Source: Octopus sinensis
Taxonomy: Eukaryota
Assembly: GCF_006345805.1 (NCBI RefSeq)
Contig: NC_043002.1
Location: 5,208,001 to 5,272,000 of the forward strand
Length of the DNA: 64,000 nucleotides
Reading direction: 5' to 3'
Shown here: piece after piece, positions 13,091 through 26,495 of the stretch
How positions within the stretch are numbered: position 1 is the stretch's first letter
Layout: each line of letters starts with the position of its first letter
Program-made: the position numbers and the translations under genes
The notes under the pieces: model-generated
What the model was told of the DNA's origin: nothing
Databases searched by the model: none
What the model saw: the letters and a program-made list of their open reading frames with translations, nothing else

Positions 13091-13092
<2 letters not shown>

Positions 13093-13390
13093 AGGCACAT
13101 GGCCTAGTAGTTAGAGCAGCGGACTCGCGGTCGATGGATCGCGGGTTCGAATCTCAGATCGGGCGATGTGTGTGTTTATGAGCGAAACACCTAAGCTCCA
13201 TACAGCTCCGGCAGAAGGTAATGGCGAACTTCTGCTGACTCTTTCGCCACAACTTTCTCTCACTCTTTCCTCCTGCACCTTGCAGCTCACCTGCGACGGA
13301 TCGGCGTCCCGTCCAGGTGGGGAACCTATACGCCAAGGAAACCGGAAAACCGGCCCTATGAGCCAGGTGTGGCTCGAGAAGGAACAAACA
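13091..13390 (+). mobile_element. SINE family C, tail type 3 (RTE-like 3' end)
   Basis: Family C head, then ...ccaggtggggaacctatacgccaaggaaaccgg...gtgtggctcgagaaggaacaaac, resembling RTE-clade 3' tails (recalled, not aligned). Confidence 0.8.
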
Positions 13391-13403
13391 TATATATAAT
13401 ACA

Positions 13404-13470
<67 letters not shown>

Positions 13471-13484
13471 ATATATATACATAC

Positions 13485-13540
<56 letters not shown>

Positions 13541-13637
13541 ATATATATATATAATATACAGATATAATATATATATATACTATTAATAATATACATATAT
13601 ATATACATATATATATTATATATATACATATATATAG

Positions 13638-13670
<33 letters not shown>

Positions 13671-13715
13671 TATATTATTATATATATATATATATAATAT
13701 ATATATATATATAAT
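13391..13715. repeat. Long imperfect (TA)n tract
   Basis: Directly visible. Confidence 0.95.
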
Positions 13716-13847
13716 CCTTAGTCAATACTTGCTACCGATGACAAGCAAATATGCAGAATTTTCGGATCTGGTAATTCTCTGCCGTTTGCTGGACGCATTT
13801 CATCTGTTACAGATACTTCTCTGCTTTTCAGCACAATACGTCTATCC

Positions 13848-14185
13848 AAGCGGTTCTAAAACCGGGCCCATTTGACTTTTGGGGGTCCATAGATAATTTT
13901 TGAGAGTCCACATGAGCAAAATAGTAAATTTGCAACCCACACTAGTATATTAAGGGTCCATGAAAAAAATTTTGCTTTAGGTGTATTTATTGCAAGAAAC
14001 AGGTAGATTTCTTTTTCTCACGTTTTACATAGTTCAACCTACACAAGTTAATGGGTGAAAGACAAGATAGGAATTTAGAAAGAAGTATCTATAAAACTAG
14101 TTTTAAACCTCGAATGGCTAAGGAGTCCACCAGAGTGATATAGTAATCAAAGAGATACATAGGTAAAAATGGTTGAGACCCACTG
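13848..14185. mobile_element. Non-autonomous hAT (Charlie/Buster-type) MITE
   Basis: Ends aagcggttctaaaacc / ggttgagacccactg match the CAGTGGTTCTCAACC TIR type; 8-bp flanks gtctatcc / gtctaaac fit the nTCTAnnn Buster target. Confidence 0.7.
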
Positions 14186-14277
14186 GTCTAAACGAAATAC
14201 TTTCTCATGGGAAATACCCCAGTGCTTTCAGTGTATCCACGTTAAGTAAGCTATACAAAAAGCTAATACACACACAT

Positions 14278-14333
<56 letters not shown>

Positions 14334-14335
14334 GA

Positions 14336-14575
14336 GGCGGCGAGATAGCTGAATCGTTAGCACGCCGGACAAGATTCTTAGCGGCATTTCGTCTGCCGCT
14401 ACGTTCTGAGTTCAAATTCCACCGAGGTCGACTTTGCCTTTCATCTTTTCGAGCTCTATAGAATAAGTACCAGTTGCGCACTGGGGTCGATGTAATAGAC
14501 TTAATCCTTTCCCCTTGACACGAATATATGATCGCTCGGCCTGCTAAAATTAGCAACCAACCTCCCCCCTTCACT
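14336..14575 (+). mobile_element. SINE family A monomer
   Basis: aggcggcgagatagctgaatcgttagcacg...gagttcaaattcc...ctggggtcgatgtaatagac. Confidence 0.8.
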
Positions 14576-15647
14576 TCATATCACCCTACCAACTTAACAA
14601 AACGGTAAGACAAACCGAACATTGCAGAGTCCAGGATATAGAAATAGGAAAAAAACAAAACATAAAGGATTTTTCATGACAGAATGTCAAAGATGATCTC
14701 GATTGTGGGTACTAAACAGCAATAACCCCGAGTATTTTCTTTGTTGAGTTTCCATTGGGAGACAAAGCATAATGTAAGAGAAGGTGGGGGGATGGGTATG
14801 GTCCGGTCCGAACGATGCTTTTATGGGGTTGTCACATTGAACTTTGTTGTATAAGCTTACATAGAGGTAAGGGAATGAGGGCGGGGGGTAGCAAGCTTTA
14901 GAGCCACTGCCTTGATAAAACAGATGTTGAGTTAGTCAGAGATAGAAAGACAGGCTTTGATTAAAAAGAAAAACAATCGATTTAAGACTGACATGCGGTT
15001 TAACTGGAACAACCAAGGCAAGAAGAAAACGAAGATCTTGACGAAGAAGAAAAAGAAGACGACGGTGATGACAACGACGACGAAGAAGAAGATGAAGAAA
15101 AACAATAACACAAATTAACAGCAACAACAACAAAAATAACAAGAATAACACCTAAGCCACCGTAAGGCTTTTTAGTCCACCGAAAAACAAAATGAAAAGA
15201 AAAATAAAGAAAGAAAGCAAAATACCAATAAATTCTACACGAAGAAACAAAAATAAATAAATAAAAACTTGCTAGAATTGTATTTTTACGTCAAGTGGAA
15301 AGTGTATGAAGCCTGAAAACTTTGAGATGGAAAAAAAACTTCGCATAACGATGCAATGTTTCAAGTTATCAGGTTTCGATCCTCATGCGGAGAGAAACAA
15401 TGAAAATACATCAAAATTGTTCGCTGAGAAAGGCTCAAAGAAACACGCGTGCTCATACACACACACACAGATACATAACATACACACACACACACACAAC
15501 ATAAACATAAACACACGCACAAACACACGCACATAATGCATGTGTGTGTAGTAAGTGTATATGTGCAGAAATACATACATATATTATAGATCTGTATATA
15601 TATATATATTTATATATATGTGTGTGTTAAAGATATATATATACATA

Positions 15648-15704
<57 letters not shown>

Positions 15705-15770
15705 CGTAAAGATATATATATATATATATACTCAATAAATATTGTTATACATACACATATACATACATAC

Positions 15771-15802
<32 letters not shown>

Positions 15803-16177
15803 ATACACACATGCACACGCACACACATACACATATATATATATATACACATACACACACATATACACACCTACACACACACATACATACACCCACACAC
15901 ACATACACACGTATATATACATAAACGTACACGCTAGACACACCATATAGTTTAATATGTATGCATGTATGTATAAGCATATGCAAACATGGTATTGTTT
16001 AATAAACATTGTAAATAAAGAATGTAAGTCACTGGGCCGGTCGATTAATACATAAATTTCTTTTTCTATTACCGAAGGTATTTATCGATCTATCGATAAA
16101 TATGTAAAATAGCACAAGACGTAAAGGAAAAAAAACTTTGTTAAAGTATAGTTTAATGGTGTTACTTCTGTTGCGGC

Positions 16178-16245
16178 CGCTGCTGCTGCTACTACTGCTA
16201 CCACCCACCACCACCACCACCACCACCACCACCACCACCACCACC

Positions 16246-16308
<63 letters not shown>

Positions 16309-16462
16309 AATAATAATAATAATAACAATAATAATAATAATAATTATAATAATAATTATAATAATAATAACAACAACAACAACAATACTAATAATAATGA
16401 TAATAATGATAATAATAATAATAATGATAATAATAATAATAACAATAATAATAATAATAATG

Positions 16463-16494
<32 letters not shown>
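16178..16494. repeat. Compound microsatellite (CTG)(CAC)n(TAC)n(AAT)n
   Basis: Directly visible; the (AAT)n part is continuous with the tail of the minus-strand SINE A at 16495. Confidence 0.95.
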
Positions 16495-16705
16495 CCTTTC
16501 TACTGTAGGCACAAGGCCAGTAATTCGGGGAGTTGGAGGGGGGGGCAGTCGATTACATCGACCTCAGTACACAACTGGTACTTAATTTATCGATCCCGAA
16601 AGGATGGAAGGCAAAGTCGAACTCAACAGAATTTAAACTCAGGACGCAAATAGCCGGAAAAAATACCACTAAGCATTTTATCCGGCGTATTAACGGTTCG
16701 GCCTT
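16495..16705 (-). mobile_element. SINE family A with expanded (ATT)n tail
   Basis: cctttctactgtaggcacaaggcc...gtcgattacatcgacc...gaatttaaactcag. Confidence 0.75.
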
Positions 16706-18060
16706 ACTACCTCATCTAATACTAATAATTGTTTCAAATTTTGAAGCAATTTTAAGAGGAGAATGATAGTCGACTACATCGACCCCAGTATTTGACTGGT
16801 ACTTTATTTTTATCGATCCAAAAAGTATGAAAAAGCAATATGGCTTCAGCAATATTTGAATTTAGAATATAAAGAACTGGAAGAAATACTGCAACGATTC
16901 TGCAAGCTCATCGCCTTAATAATGGTCTCTGAAATGCATAATACCAGCAATCTTCAGGTGAGTGTAGTTAGTCGATTACATCGACATTCCGCTCTCGGCT
17001 GATGTTTCTTATTTTATCGACTCCGAAGGAATAAAAGACAATGTTGACTTCGAAGTCGCCGAGGTGGACTTTGCCATTCATCCTTTTGAAGTGTATAAAA
17101 TAAGTACCAGTTGAACACTGGGGTCGATGTAATCGACTAACCCCTTCCGCCGACGACCCTGTTGGTGTTGTTCCAAAATTTGAAAGCAATTTAAATATCA
17201 TTTGAAGTCACAAGAAGTCTTGCTATATGACCCCCACTATTGAAAACATTCGTGCATAAAGTAGAAACATGGATGGTCAAATGGAATGATTTATTCAATT
17301 TGCGATATAAAAAATCAGGAAAAAATGTCACAAGTAAAATATCGAAGCAAAAAGTTACAAAAAAAAATTATGAGGAAAAGTGAAATAAATATTTGGTTTA
17401 ATGATTTTCGTGTTTCCTTGTTTTATTTAAGATACGGAATAAAACGTGATTTTTTTTACGTAAGTGTAATCCATTTATATATATTTATATATATAGTAAT
17501 CTGATCATTCTAAATTAAACCTATGTCTTTTAATACGCAATAAATCGATAATTAGTGCCTGTTAATTAATGCTGATTCATGAATTATTAAATACGATTTT
17601 CATTTAGATTGCATTTCTGTATTTCAAAGACAGATTAAAATTTGTTTTTTTTTTATCACAGCAATTTAAGTCTCGCCGTTTAGTTTATGACGAACATAAA
17701 AATGAGGACAAATGGAGTACCTAAGATTTAAATTGTTTGATAAGTACATTATGAGAACATGGGCATTCTGCTGCACCATTTTTGTTTTTATTAGAATTTA
17801 TCTATTATTTATTTATATGGACTATGTCTTAGAGGGTGTGTTTTGTTAGCATTAAATTTTTCAAAGACAAGGATATATTACGTGTTTGATACTATCAGCT
17901 GCAGAAAATTCGTTATATCTTGAAACGCCTAATTCAAGCAAAAAAAAAAAAGAAAACAAATAGACAATATTTAAATAAAAATAAATAAGCACTATGCTAT
18001 TAAGATTTATTAAGCACTTCATTAAAGACGTTTTCTTTAAGTTCTTCGATTAATGTTATC

Positions 18061-18091
<31 letters not shown>

Positions 18092-18180
18092 AAAGCATAT
18101 AAATATATATATATGTATATATATATGTATATGCTTCTATTTTTATACATACATACGTACACACACACACATATATACGT

Positions 18181-18512
18181 GAAGGCGCATGACTCAATGG
18201 TTAGAGCACCGAGCTCACGATCGTGAGGTTGTGAGTTTGATTCCTGGGCCGGCTGCGGTGTTGTGTTCTTGAACAAGACACTTTATTTCACGTTGCTCCA
18301 GTTAATTAAGCTGTAGAAATGAGTTGTGACGTCACTGGTGTCAAGCTGTATCGGCCCCTTTGCCTTTCCCTTGGATAACATCGGTGGCGTGGAGGCTGGT
18401 ATGCATGGGCGACTGCTGGTCTTCCATAGACAAGCTTGCCCGGACATGTGCCTGGGAGGGTAACTTTCTAGATGCAATCCCATGGACATTCATGACCGAA
18501 GGCGGTCACCCT
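18181..18512 (+). mobile_element. tRNA-derived SINE family D
   Basis: Head gaaggcgcatgactcaatggttagagc...gagtttgattcc; central ttgaacaagacactttatttcacgttgctccag; ends in a TA-rich tail. Confidence 0.75.
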
Positions 18513-18518
18513 TATATA

Positions 18519-19801
18519 TTAGGTTGTATGAGATTTGTAGTAAGATATATCGTAAACTTTTACAGCAGCTCATTTTGTGCCATTATTTTATTTTGACAAT
18601 CTTGATTTTTTGTTAGAAAGCGGACGCATCTATTTCTTTATTCTAACTCATTTTGCGCTTTATAAAGTATTTATAAATCGTTTTATCCTATTTTTGTTTA
18701 GAGATGGATAAGTCGGAAATTCGTACAGTTTTGAAATATGAGTTCTTTCTTGCAAATACAGCATCACAGACAGCTCGGAATAATAATGGAGTATTTAATT
18801 CTAAGGTTATTACACAGCAGACAGTATCAAATTGGTTTGCAAAATTTCGTTCTGGTAACTTTGACCTTACAAATGAGCCACGCCGTCGATCGAAAACACA
18901 GGTGGATAATGACGAACTGAAAGCCACCGTCGAGTCAAATCCATCTCAAAGTGCCCGTGAATTATCGTTGTTGTTTGGTGTTAGTAAGCAAACAATATTG
19001 ACTCACCTGGTTCAAATCGGTAAAGTGAAAAAGTTGGATGAGTGGGTTCCACATGAACTCAATGAAAATCAGAAATAGCAACGGTTAGAAGCCTGAATTA
19101 TACTACTTTCTCGTCACAAAAATGAATCATTTTTTAATCGAATGTGATGAGAAATGGATCCAATACAACAACCGTAAACGTTCAGCACAATGGTTGGACA
19201 AAGACGAGCCACCAAAACACGGTCTAAAAAGCAAAATTCATCAAAAGAAGCTGATGGTGTGTGTTTGGTGGTCTGGTGCAGGTGTGATCCATTATGATTT
19301 CACTAAACCTGGCTCATCAATCACGGCCGAAGTATATTGCTGCCAACTGGACCACATGATGCAGAAACTCACACACAGACGCAAAAAACCCAGCCTAGAT
19401 TAGTCAACAGATCCACTCCTATTTTATTGCAGGACAACGCCAGACCACACATCGCAAAAATGACATTGGGGAAACTACAGGAGCTTGAGCTGGAAGTTCT
19501 CCATCATCCACCATACTCACCTGATCTTGCCCCCACTGAATACCACTTCTTCCAGAATTTGGATAACTTTTTTATAGGAAAAGAATTTAATTCCAACGAT
19601 GCTATAAAACAGGCCTTTCAAGATTTTATTGACACTAGATTGCCAGGCTTTTGCAGTTCCGAGCTGGACAAGCTACCACTGAAATGGCAAAAGTGTATTG
19701 ACAATATAGGGGCATACTTTGATGAATAAAACTATTCCTTGTATTCACAAAACATTAGCAAACTTTTTTCTTTTCTACAAATTTCGTACTTGACGACCCA
19801 A
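18519..19801 (+). mobile_element. Mariner transposon, cecropia/Hsmar1-like, 1283 bp
   Basis: TA flanks at 18517-18 and 19802-03; imperfect TIRs ttaggttgt..atgagatttgtag / ctacaaatttcgtacttgacgacccaa; inserted at the tail of SINE D. Confidence 0.9.
18704..19729 (+). pseudogene. Mariner transposase pseudogene
   Basis: QIGKVKKLDEWVPHEL, CDEKW, QDNARPH and HPPYSPDLAP motifs; stops and frameshifts near 19078-19135 and 19370-19400; third catalytic position reads E instead of D. Confidence 0.92.
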
Positions 19802-20883
19802 TACATACATACATACATACATACATACATACATACATACATACATACATACATACATACATACATACAACATACATGCATACACAAACAAACATATAGA
19901 CACATACATACATACACACACACATAATTAGAATGGCAAAAGGATAAACAGTTATGTTATGAATTCCATTGGCTTACAACTGTTTCTGTTATAAGATGCA
20001 ACACATTCATAGTTGCATGCTTGAGTAACACCCTGTAGCTTCATCGGAACTCCAAACAAGTTCATAGCATACTTGTTTATTCCTTGTCATTCTAATTTCC
20101 TATTAGCATTCTGTACTCGACTGACGCTTCTTTCTGAAGCATATGTATACTCTGTTCTAACACCAGTTTTTTAGTATCGCTATGCCAAAGCAAAATGTAC
20201 ACACGCACACATAATATAATACACACACACACGTATTTGCATATTCATATATGCATGAGCACATACACATATACATGTGTACACATACATGAGTAAATAC
20301 TTAACCTTTAACCTTTAATCTTTTACTTGATTCAGTTATTAGACCACGGCCATGCTGGGGCACCACCTTGAAGAACTTTTGTTTTTAAAGCCTGTTACTT
20401 ATTCTATCGATTTCTGTTTGCCGAGCTGCTAGTTTACAGGCACATAAACAAACCAACACCGGTTGTCAAGCTGGTTTTACAAGTTGCATATATTGTGTAA
20501 CGTCAAGTGTTGCCGGATAATGAAATAAATTTAACAACTGAAATAAAGGTATACCAAGTTACAGTAAAGTTCTTTTTTCTTATTATATATATATGTACAC
20601 ACGAACAAACAGCCTTTATAAATACCAGCAGAAGGACCATTTTTCGCGCCATAGGTATAAAAATGTGCCCCGACGAATTTGTTTCCTCATAACTTTCCGA
20701 AAAATAGATATTTATTGATGAAAGTTTCTACAAATGCGTTTCAGATGGTGTAGAAACGACTTTATCGGGCTTTGAGGTGAAAAAATTTTTGGAAGACCAG
20801 TTTCAGATAATTCACACGCCTCAGTTTTGTTTTCTCATAGCTTTCAGAAAAATTAATATTTCTCAATGGAATTTTCTACATAT

Positions 20884-21047
20884 GCGCAGGAGTGACTGTG
20901 TGGTAAGAAGCTTGCTAACCAACCACATGGTTCCGGGTTCAGTCCCACTGCGTGGCATCTTGGGCAAGTGTCTTCTGCTATAGCCCCGGGCCGACCAATG
21001 CCTTGTGAGTGGATTTGGTAGACGGAAACTGAAAGAAGCCTGTCGTA

Positions 21048-21091
<44 letters not shown>

Positions 21092-21305
21092 ATATATATG
21101 TGTGTGTATGTGTGTTTGTGTGTGTGTGTTTGTCCCCCTAGCATTACTTGACAACAAATGCTGGTGTGTTTACGTCCCCGTAACTTAGCGGTTCGGCAAA
21201 AAGAGACCGATAGAATAAGTACTGGGCTTACAAAGAATAAGCCCCGGGGTCGATTTGCTCAACTAAAGGCGGTGCTCCAGCCTGAAACAAGTAAAAGAGT
21301 AAAGA
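20884..21305 (+). mobile_element. SINE family B, full length
   Basis: gcgcaggagtgactgtgtggtaag...gaaagaagcctgtcg(TA/TG linker)...gaaacaagtaaaagagtaaaga. Confidence 0.9.
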
Positions 21306-21699
21306 GAGAATATGATTTTCTTATGGTTTAGATACGATTATATAAAAAAGTATAGGAAAATGGATTGCGGAGGATATTTCATGCATCTCGACTTTACTTT
21401 CTCGTCGTTTTAATAATTTAATTACAATTACATTGAAAAAATATTACTTTTGAGACCCATGTGATACATGTTCATTCTAGCATGCTAAGCGACCACGTAG
21501 AGGATGGGCCACTTTTCAGTTTGTTTAAAAAAGGAAGATTATGATTGTGATAAAATAATGAAAGAAGTAGGCATTCAATAATTAGTGTAAGAATTGTACT
21601 CCTCTTTCTAAAAAGATTTCTTTCAAAGAATTTTTGGAAAAGAGGATGAGTCCACAAAGGATATTTTTTTAACATAATAATAGCGAAATCGTCAAAATG

Positions 21700-22300
21700 T
21701 ATGAAGAAAATAATGTCAATATGCTTGCGATATCTCTCTCCGTTTCTTTTTCACATAAAATTCCGATATGATTGTAATCCACGCCATCTGAACGATATTT
21801 GAAGAAAATTTCATTAAAAAATATTCGTAATCCTGAAAGTCACGAAAATACATCATGGAGTACAGGGGTACATTTCTGTAGTTATACCCAATTAGCAAGA
21901 TTTCATATTTAGCTTTCTATTTCTTCAACATAACTTGACTGACGCTAGATTAAGCTTATAGCTGTAGAAAGTAGCATTGCAAACATTTGGGTGACATCTG
22001 TATTTCCAGAAGTATAAGCAGATGCTAAAAAACGCTTCTGAATAATGTCGCACTGAATAAGATTTGTGACTGAAGTATGTACTTCACGTATTCCATAATG
22101 AAAGAAGCTTCAAAACTGCATTTCGATAAGAAAAAAAAAAGAAATGTATTGAAACGGGAATTTATAAAAAAATTTGCAGACTGTTTTGCATTCAATACTT
22201 GCTTTCTTTTAGTAAAAGTTACATAATTCCAATTACTTAATAAGAAACTTTCTCCAGCATAGTACAGATTAAGAGACAACTGCTTGCGAGGCGGTTTTCT
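21700..22300. repeat. AT-rich dispersed repeat of unknown class
   Basis: ctgtagaaagtagcattgcaaa...acgct recurs at ~60290-60360; related segments at ~20690-20880 and ~59400-59790. Confidence 0.5.
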
Positions 22301-22350
22301 GTTAGTCATTGTGATAACAATGCTGTATGCGCAGACATACATACATACCC

Positions 22351-22391
<41 letters not shown>

Positions 22392-22492
22392 CATACACAC
22401 ACATAATCACTTACATATCATATATATATGATATCTATAGTATATATGTTATATATATATATATATTATGTGCGTGCGTGCGTGGGTGTGTT

Positions 22493-22528
<36 letters not shown>

Positions 22529-22817
22529 CCTGTGTTTGCTACCCACCAACGCTTGAAAACCGGGTTTCGAGTGTTAAATTAGCGATTTGGCAAGAAAAAG
22601 ATTGATAGAATAAGTACCAGGCTTTAAAAATAAAAATAAATACTAGAGTTCTTTCATTCGACTAAAAATTCCGCTAGGGGCTGCACGAGCATGGTGCAGT
22701 CTAATGACTGAAACAAGTAAAGAAAAAAAAAGATATAATATATATATATATATATATCTATATATATATTATATATATATATATATCTATATATATATAT
22801 ATAATATATATATATAT

Positions 22818-23121
22818 AAATTAGAAAAAAACACCTTTTAGCAATTCAAAATGAACAATTAAATTACACCATCTAGAAAATTACATATAATAGAAATATT
22901 AAAATTAAAATAACAATAATATACCGATGATTAAGTAAATTGCAAAAAAAATAATAAAAATCATAAAAACCAAATATATATGTTTTTATTATTATTTTGC
23001 AATTTACTTAATCATTGGTATTTTATTGTTATTTTAATTTTAATATTTCTATTATTTTTCTAGATGGTATAATTTAATTGTTCATTTTGAATTGATAAAA
23101 GGTGTTTTTTTTTTCTAATTT
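22818..23121. repeat. ~300-bp foldback palindrome embedded in (TA)n
   Basis: Arms aaattagaaaaaaacacctttt...aaattgcaaaa and ttttgcaattt...aaaaggtgtttttttttctaattt are reverse complements. Confidence 0.9.
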
Positions 23122-23294
23122 ATATATATATATATATATATATAATATTTTGTGAAATTTGATTTAGTATTTCTAAATTGAATTTTCCCTGTAAGTTAGG
23201 AATAATATTCCCTCAAATAATAATAATAATATATATATATATATATTATATTAATATTTATAGATATATATATAACTCCGTATATGTATATATC

Positions 23295-23575
23295 CCTAGT
23301 GGCACTCCGTCAGTTACGACGACGAGTGTGCCAGTTGATCCGATCGACAGAATAGCTTGTTCGTGAAATTAAAGGGCGATTGAGTACCCCACAGATGCGC
23401 ATACCCTAACGTCGTTCTTAGAGAGATTCAGCGTGACACAGAATGTGATAAGGTTGGCCTTCAGAATCATAAGAAGAACTAATTTTTACCAGCTGAGTGA
23501 AGTAGAGCAACGTTTCTTGCTCAAGGACACAATGCGCAACCGGGAATCGAACGCACGACCATGAGCCTAACACGT
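23295..23575 (-). mobile_element. SINE, family D-related, different tail
   Basis: RC ggtcgtgcgttcgattcccgg...gtgtccttgagcaagaaacgttgctctacttcactcagctgg. Confidence 0.65.
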
Positions 23576-23689
23576 TAATCTCATATGTAGATATTCGTAT
23601 GGATACACACACACAGACACACACAATACCCATATATGCACATGCATACATATATATATACACGTATATATAAACACATGTATATATAC

Positions 23690-23747
<58 letters not shown>

Positions 23748-23765
23748 ATATATATTATATATATA

Positions 23766-23809
<44 letters not shown>

Positions 23810-24954
23810 ATCATGTGTGTAAATACACACATATATTACATATGTATACATATGGGTTTGTATGTGCGTATATATGTATATATTGGTTCGTATATAGACA
23901 TGAATGTAGATAAGCATGTTTGTGTATAGACATGTATGTATATAGACATCTATGTATATATGTACACATAAGTATATTTAGATATCTACAACTATACCAC
24001 ATACACTCATATGCACGCTTACATTCCGATATATTAATGTGTGTGTTTGTGTGTGTGTGTCTGTGTGTGCATGTGTGTGTGTGTTTATGCGTGTGCGTAT
24101 AGATGTGTATGTGTAAGCTGTGTGTCTGTGAATGAGCGCGTGTATGCACATACAATAGATATGTATAGATATGTTGGATATTTTGAAAATAAAATTTAAC
24201 TGGACAAAAACGAGAGAAATCAATAACCAGATAAACGACCCAGAAATATTGACTAAAATGTTACGTGTGTGGGTGTATATAAGAGAGAGGGTGTTGCAGT
24301 TTGGTGGGAAAGTAATGTAAACGGAAGGAATTTCACAGGGCGAAATATCTCAGAGAAAATCGTTAAAATTTTGCTTAGGAAAATGTCACTGGGGAAAGAA
24401 TGTCAAATTTTATTTCAATATCATAAATCTAATAAGGGATGACTAGTACACGGTGACAACACTATTTACATAATCGTTTCAAATTGAGGCGCAAGGGTAG
24501 GAATTTTGAGGCTAGGGTCTAATCTATACCATCGATCCCAGTTCATCACTGGTACTCTGTTTTATCGACTCCCTGAGGAAAGAAAAGCTAAGTTGATCCT
24601 GGCAATGTTTGAACTTAGAATGTAAAGATCCGGAAGTGAAACCACAAGGAATTTCGCCCGGTGCTTTTCCGATTCTGCCAATTCTCCATTCTTTATAATT
24701 TCAATAACAGCAAAACGTAGAATGGACTAGTTTTAAGCCAATTAGACAGATTAGCCTAAATTGGGCTAAGAGGAACTCCCCCCACCCACGCACACGCTCG
24801 ACTTGTAATAAAACATTAAAACTTTCTTATGAGCTTTCAATTCTTAGCATATCATTGTGACTAATAGTGGAACATCATATATACAAGAAATATAACCTCC
24901 CCCCCACAAACAAAAAATCACTCTTCAGCTTTTTTAGAGTAGAGGGGCCCCACT

Positions 24955-25368
24955 GGATCTTTTCGGTTTGAACTGCAGCTTTTCTAGAGGTGTCATATGA
25001 AATTGTCACCCATAATTATGACCCTAGTATCGATCTATTGCATTTCAATCTGTTTTAGGGTTAGAGTTAGTTAGGGTTAAGGGTGGGAGAAGGATATCTT
25101 TTTTTCTTCCGAAATGTCAATAAACCCAATCTGTTTCTTAAACGAGGGACATATTCATACGGCACAGAATGTCTTCACCTCAATAGACGTCAGTGATTGG
25201 TTTGAAATTGCAGAAATTGAAGAAAAACAACAACAAATATCTTACAAACTATAGAATTTTCTCAATAAAGCCAAAAGAAAAAGATGTTTTATAAACACAT
25301 TCTACCAGTATAGTGTTTAGTTACGTGGAAATTATTTTAAAAATCTGCCGTTCAAACCGAAAAGATCC
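24955..25368. mobile_element. Merlin-like MITE, 414 bp
   Basis: TIRs ggatcttttcggtttgaac.gcag / ctgccgttcaaaccgaaaagatcc; 8-bp flanks gccccact / gccgcact (7/8). GG termini with an 8-bp TSD fit Merlin. Confidence 0.75.
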
Positions 25369-25425
25369 GCCGCACTAACATTCTCTAATTGGGCCCCCGC
25401 ACTTCCTAGCGCCGGCCATGATATA

Positions 25426-25635
25426 CAGGATGCGACAGAAAATTTCACATATCTGACACAGTCATTGGTGTGACGACAATGAAGTCAGGCAGGTGGCCTC
25501 AGAGTTTTTCGTAGCTAATGTTTTACAGTTTTATTTTTTAGTTGCCATCATGGTTTGGATTCATGCCTGCCTAGCATTTGCTGTTAAAATACTTATGAAA
25601 AGGGTGAATCTCAGATGTGTAATCGGTGCAACCTG
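25426..25635. mobile_element. Possible Tc1/mariner-type MITE remnant
   Basis: TA|caggatgcgaca ... cggtgcaacctg|TA; short imperfect TIRs. Confidence 0.4.
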
Positions 25636-25714
25636 TATATGTAAAAAAATCACGTTTTATACAGCACCTTAAATAAGACATGAAATAAATAAAAACATTT
25701 AATTAATCAAGTGT

Positions 25715-25844
25715 GGAACAACATGGTTCGGGGTTCAATACTACTGCGCGTCACTAAGTTGAGCAAGTGTCTTCTACTATAGCCTCAGTCCGACTAAAGT
25801 CTTGTGAGTGGATTTGGTAGACTGAAACTGTAAAGTAGAACGTC

Positions 25845-25909
<65 letters not shown>

Positions 25910-26214
25910 CGTGATCACCGTGACCGACCAGGCTATCAGATGTTGCTACACATCGCTGGTCACAATGCGCTTCGCATTGTTTTAGCCTTCAAATGACGCC
26001 ACCCCGCTGGCTAAGCGAGCAGGCCAACAGAAGAAAGAGAGAGAGAGAAAGTTGTGGCGAAAGAGTACAGCAGGGATCGCCATCACCCCCTGCGGGAGCC
26101 TCGTGGAACTTTAGGTGGTTTCGTCAATAAACACTCAAAACGCCCGGTCTGGGAATCGAAACCGCGATCCTACGACCGCGAGTCCGCTGCCCTAACCACT
26201 GGGTTATTGCGCCT

Positions 26215-26271
<57 letters not shown>

Positions 26272-26495
26272 CGTGTGTGTGTGTGTGTGTGTGTGTGTTT
26301 GACCTCCACTATCACTTGACAATCGGTGTTGGTGGGTTCACGTCCCGTAGCTTAGCGGTTCAGCAAAAGAGAACGATAGACTAAGTACCAGTATTAAAAA
26401 AAGAGAATGAGTCGGTACATTCGACTAAAAATTCCTGAAGGCACTGCCCCAGCATGGTCGCAGTTTAATAACTGAAACAAGTAAAAACTAAAAGA
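25715..26495 (+). mobile_element. SINE family B split at its microsatellite linker by a family C insertion
   Basis: First module 25715-25850, (TA)n, SINE C, (CA)n/(TG)n, second module 26300-26495. Confidence 0.75.
25906..26216 (-). mobile_element. SINE family C, tail type 1
   Basis: Near-identical reverse complement of 3282-3591; tail fused to (TA)n. Confidence 0.9.
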
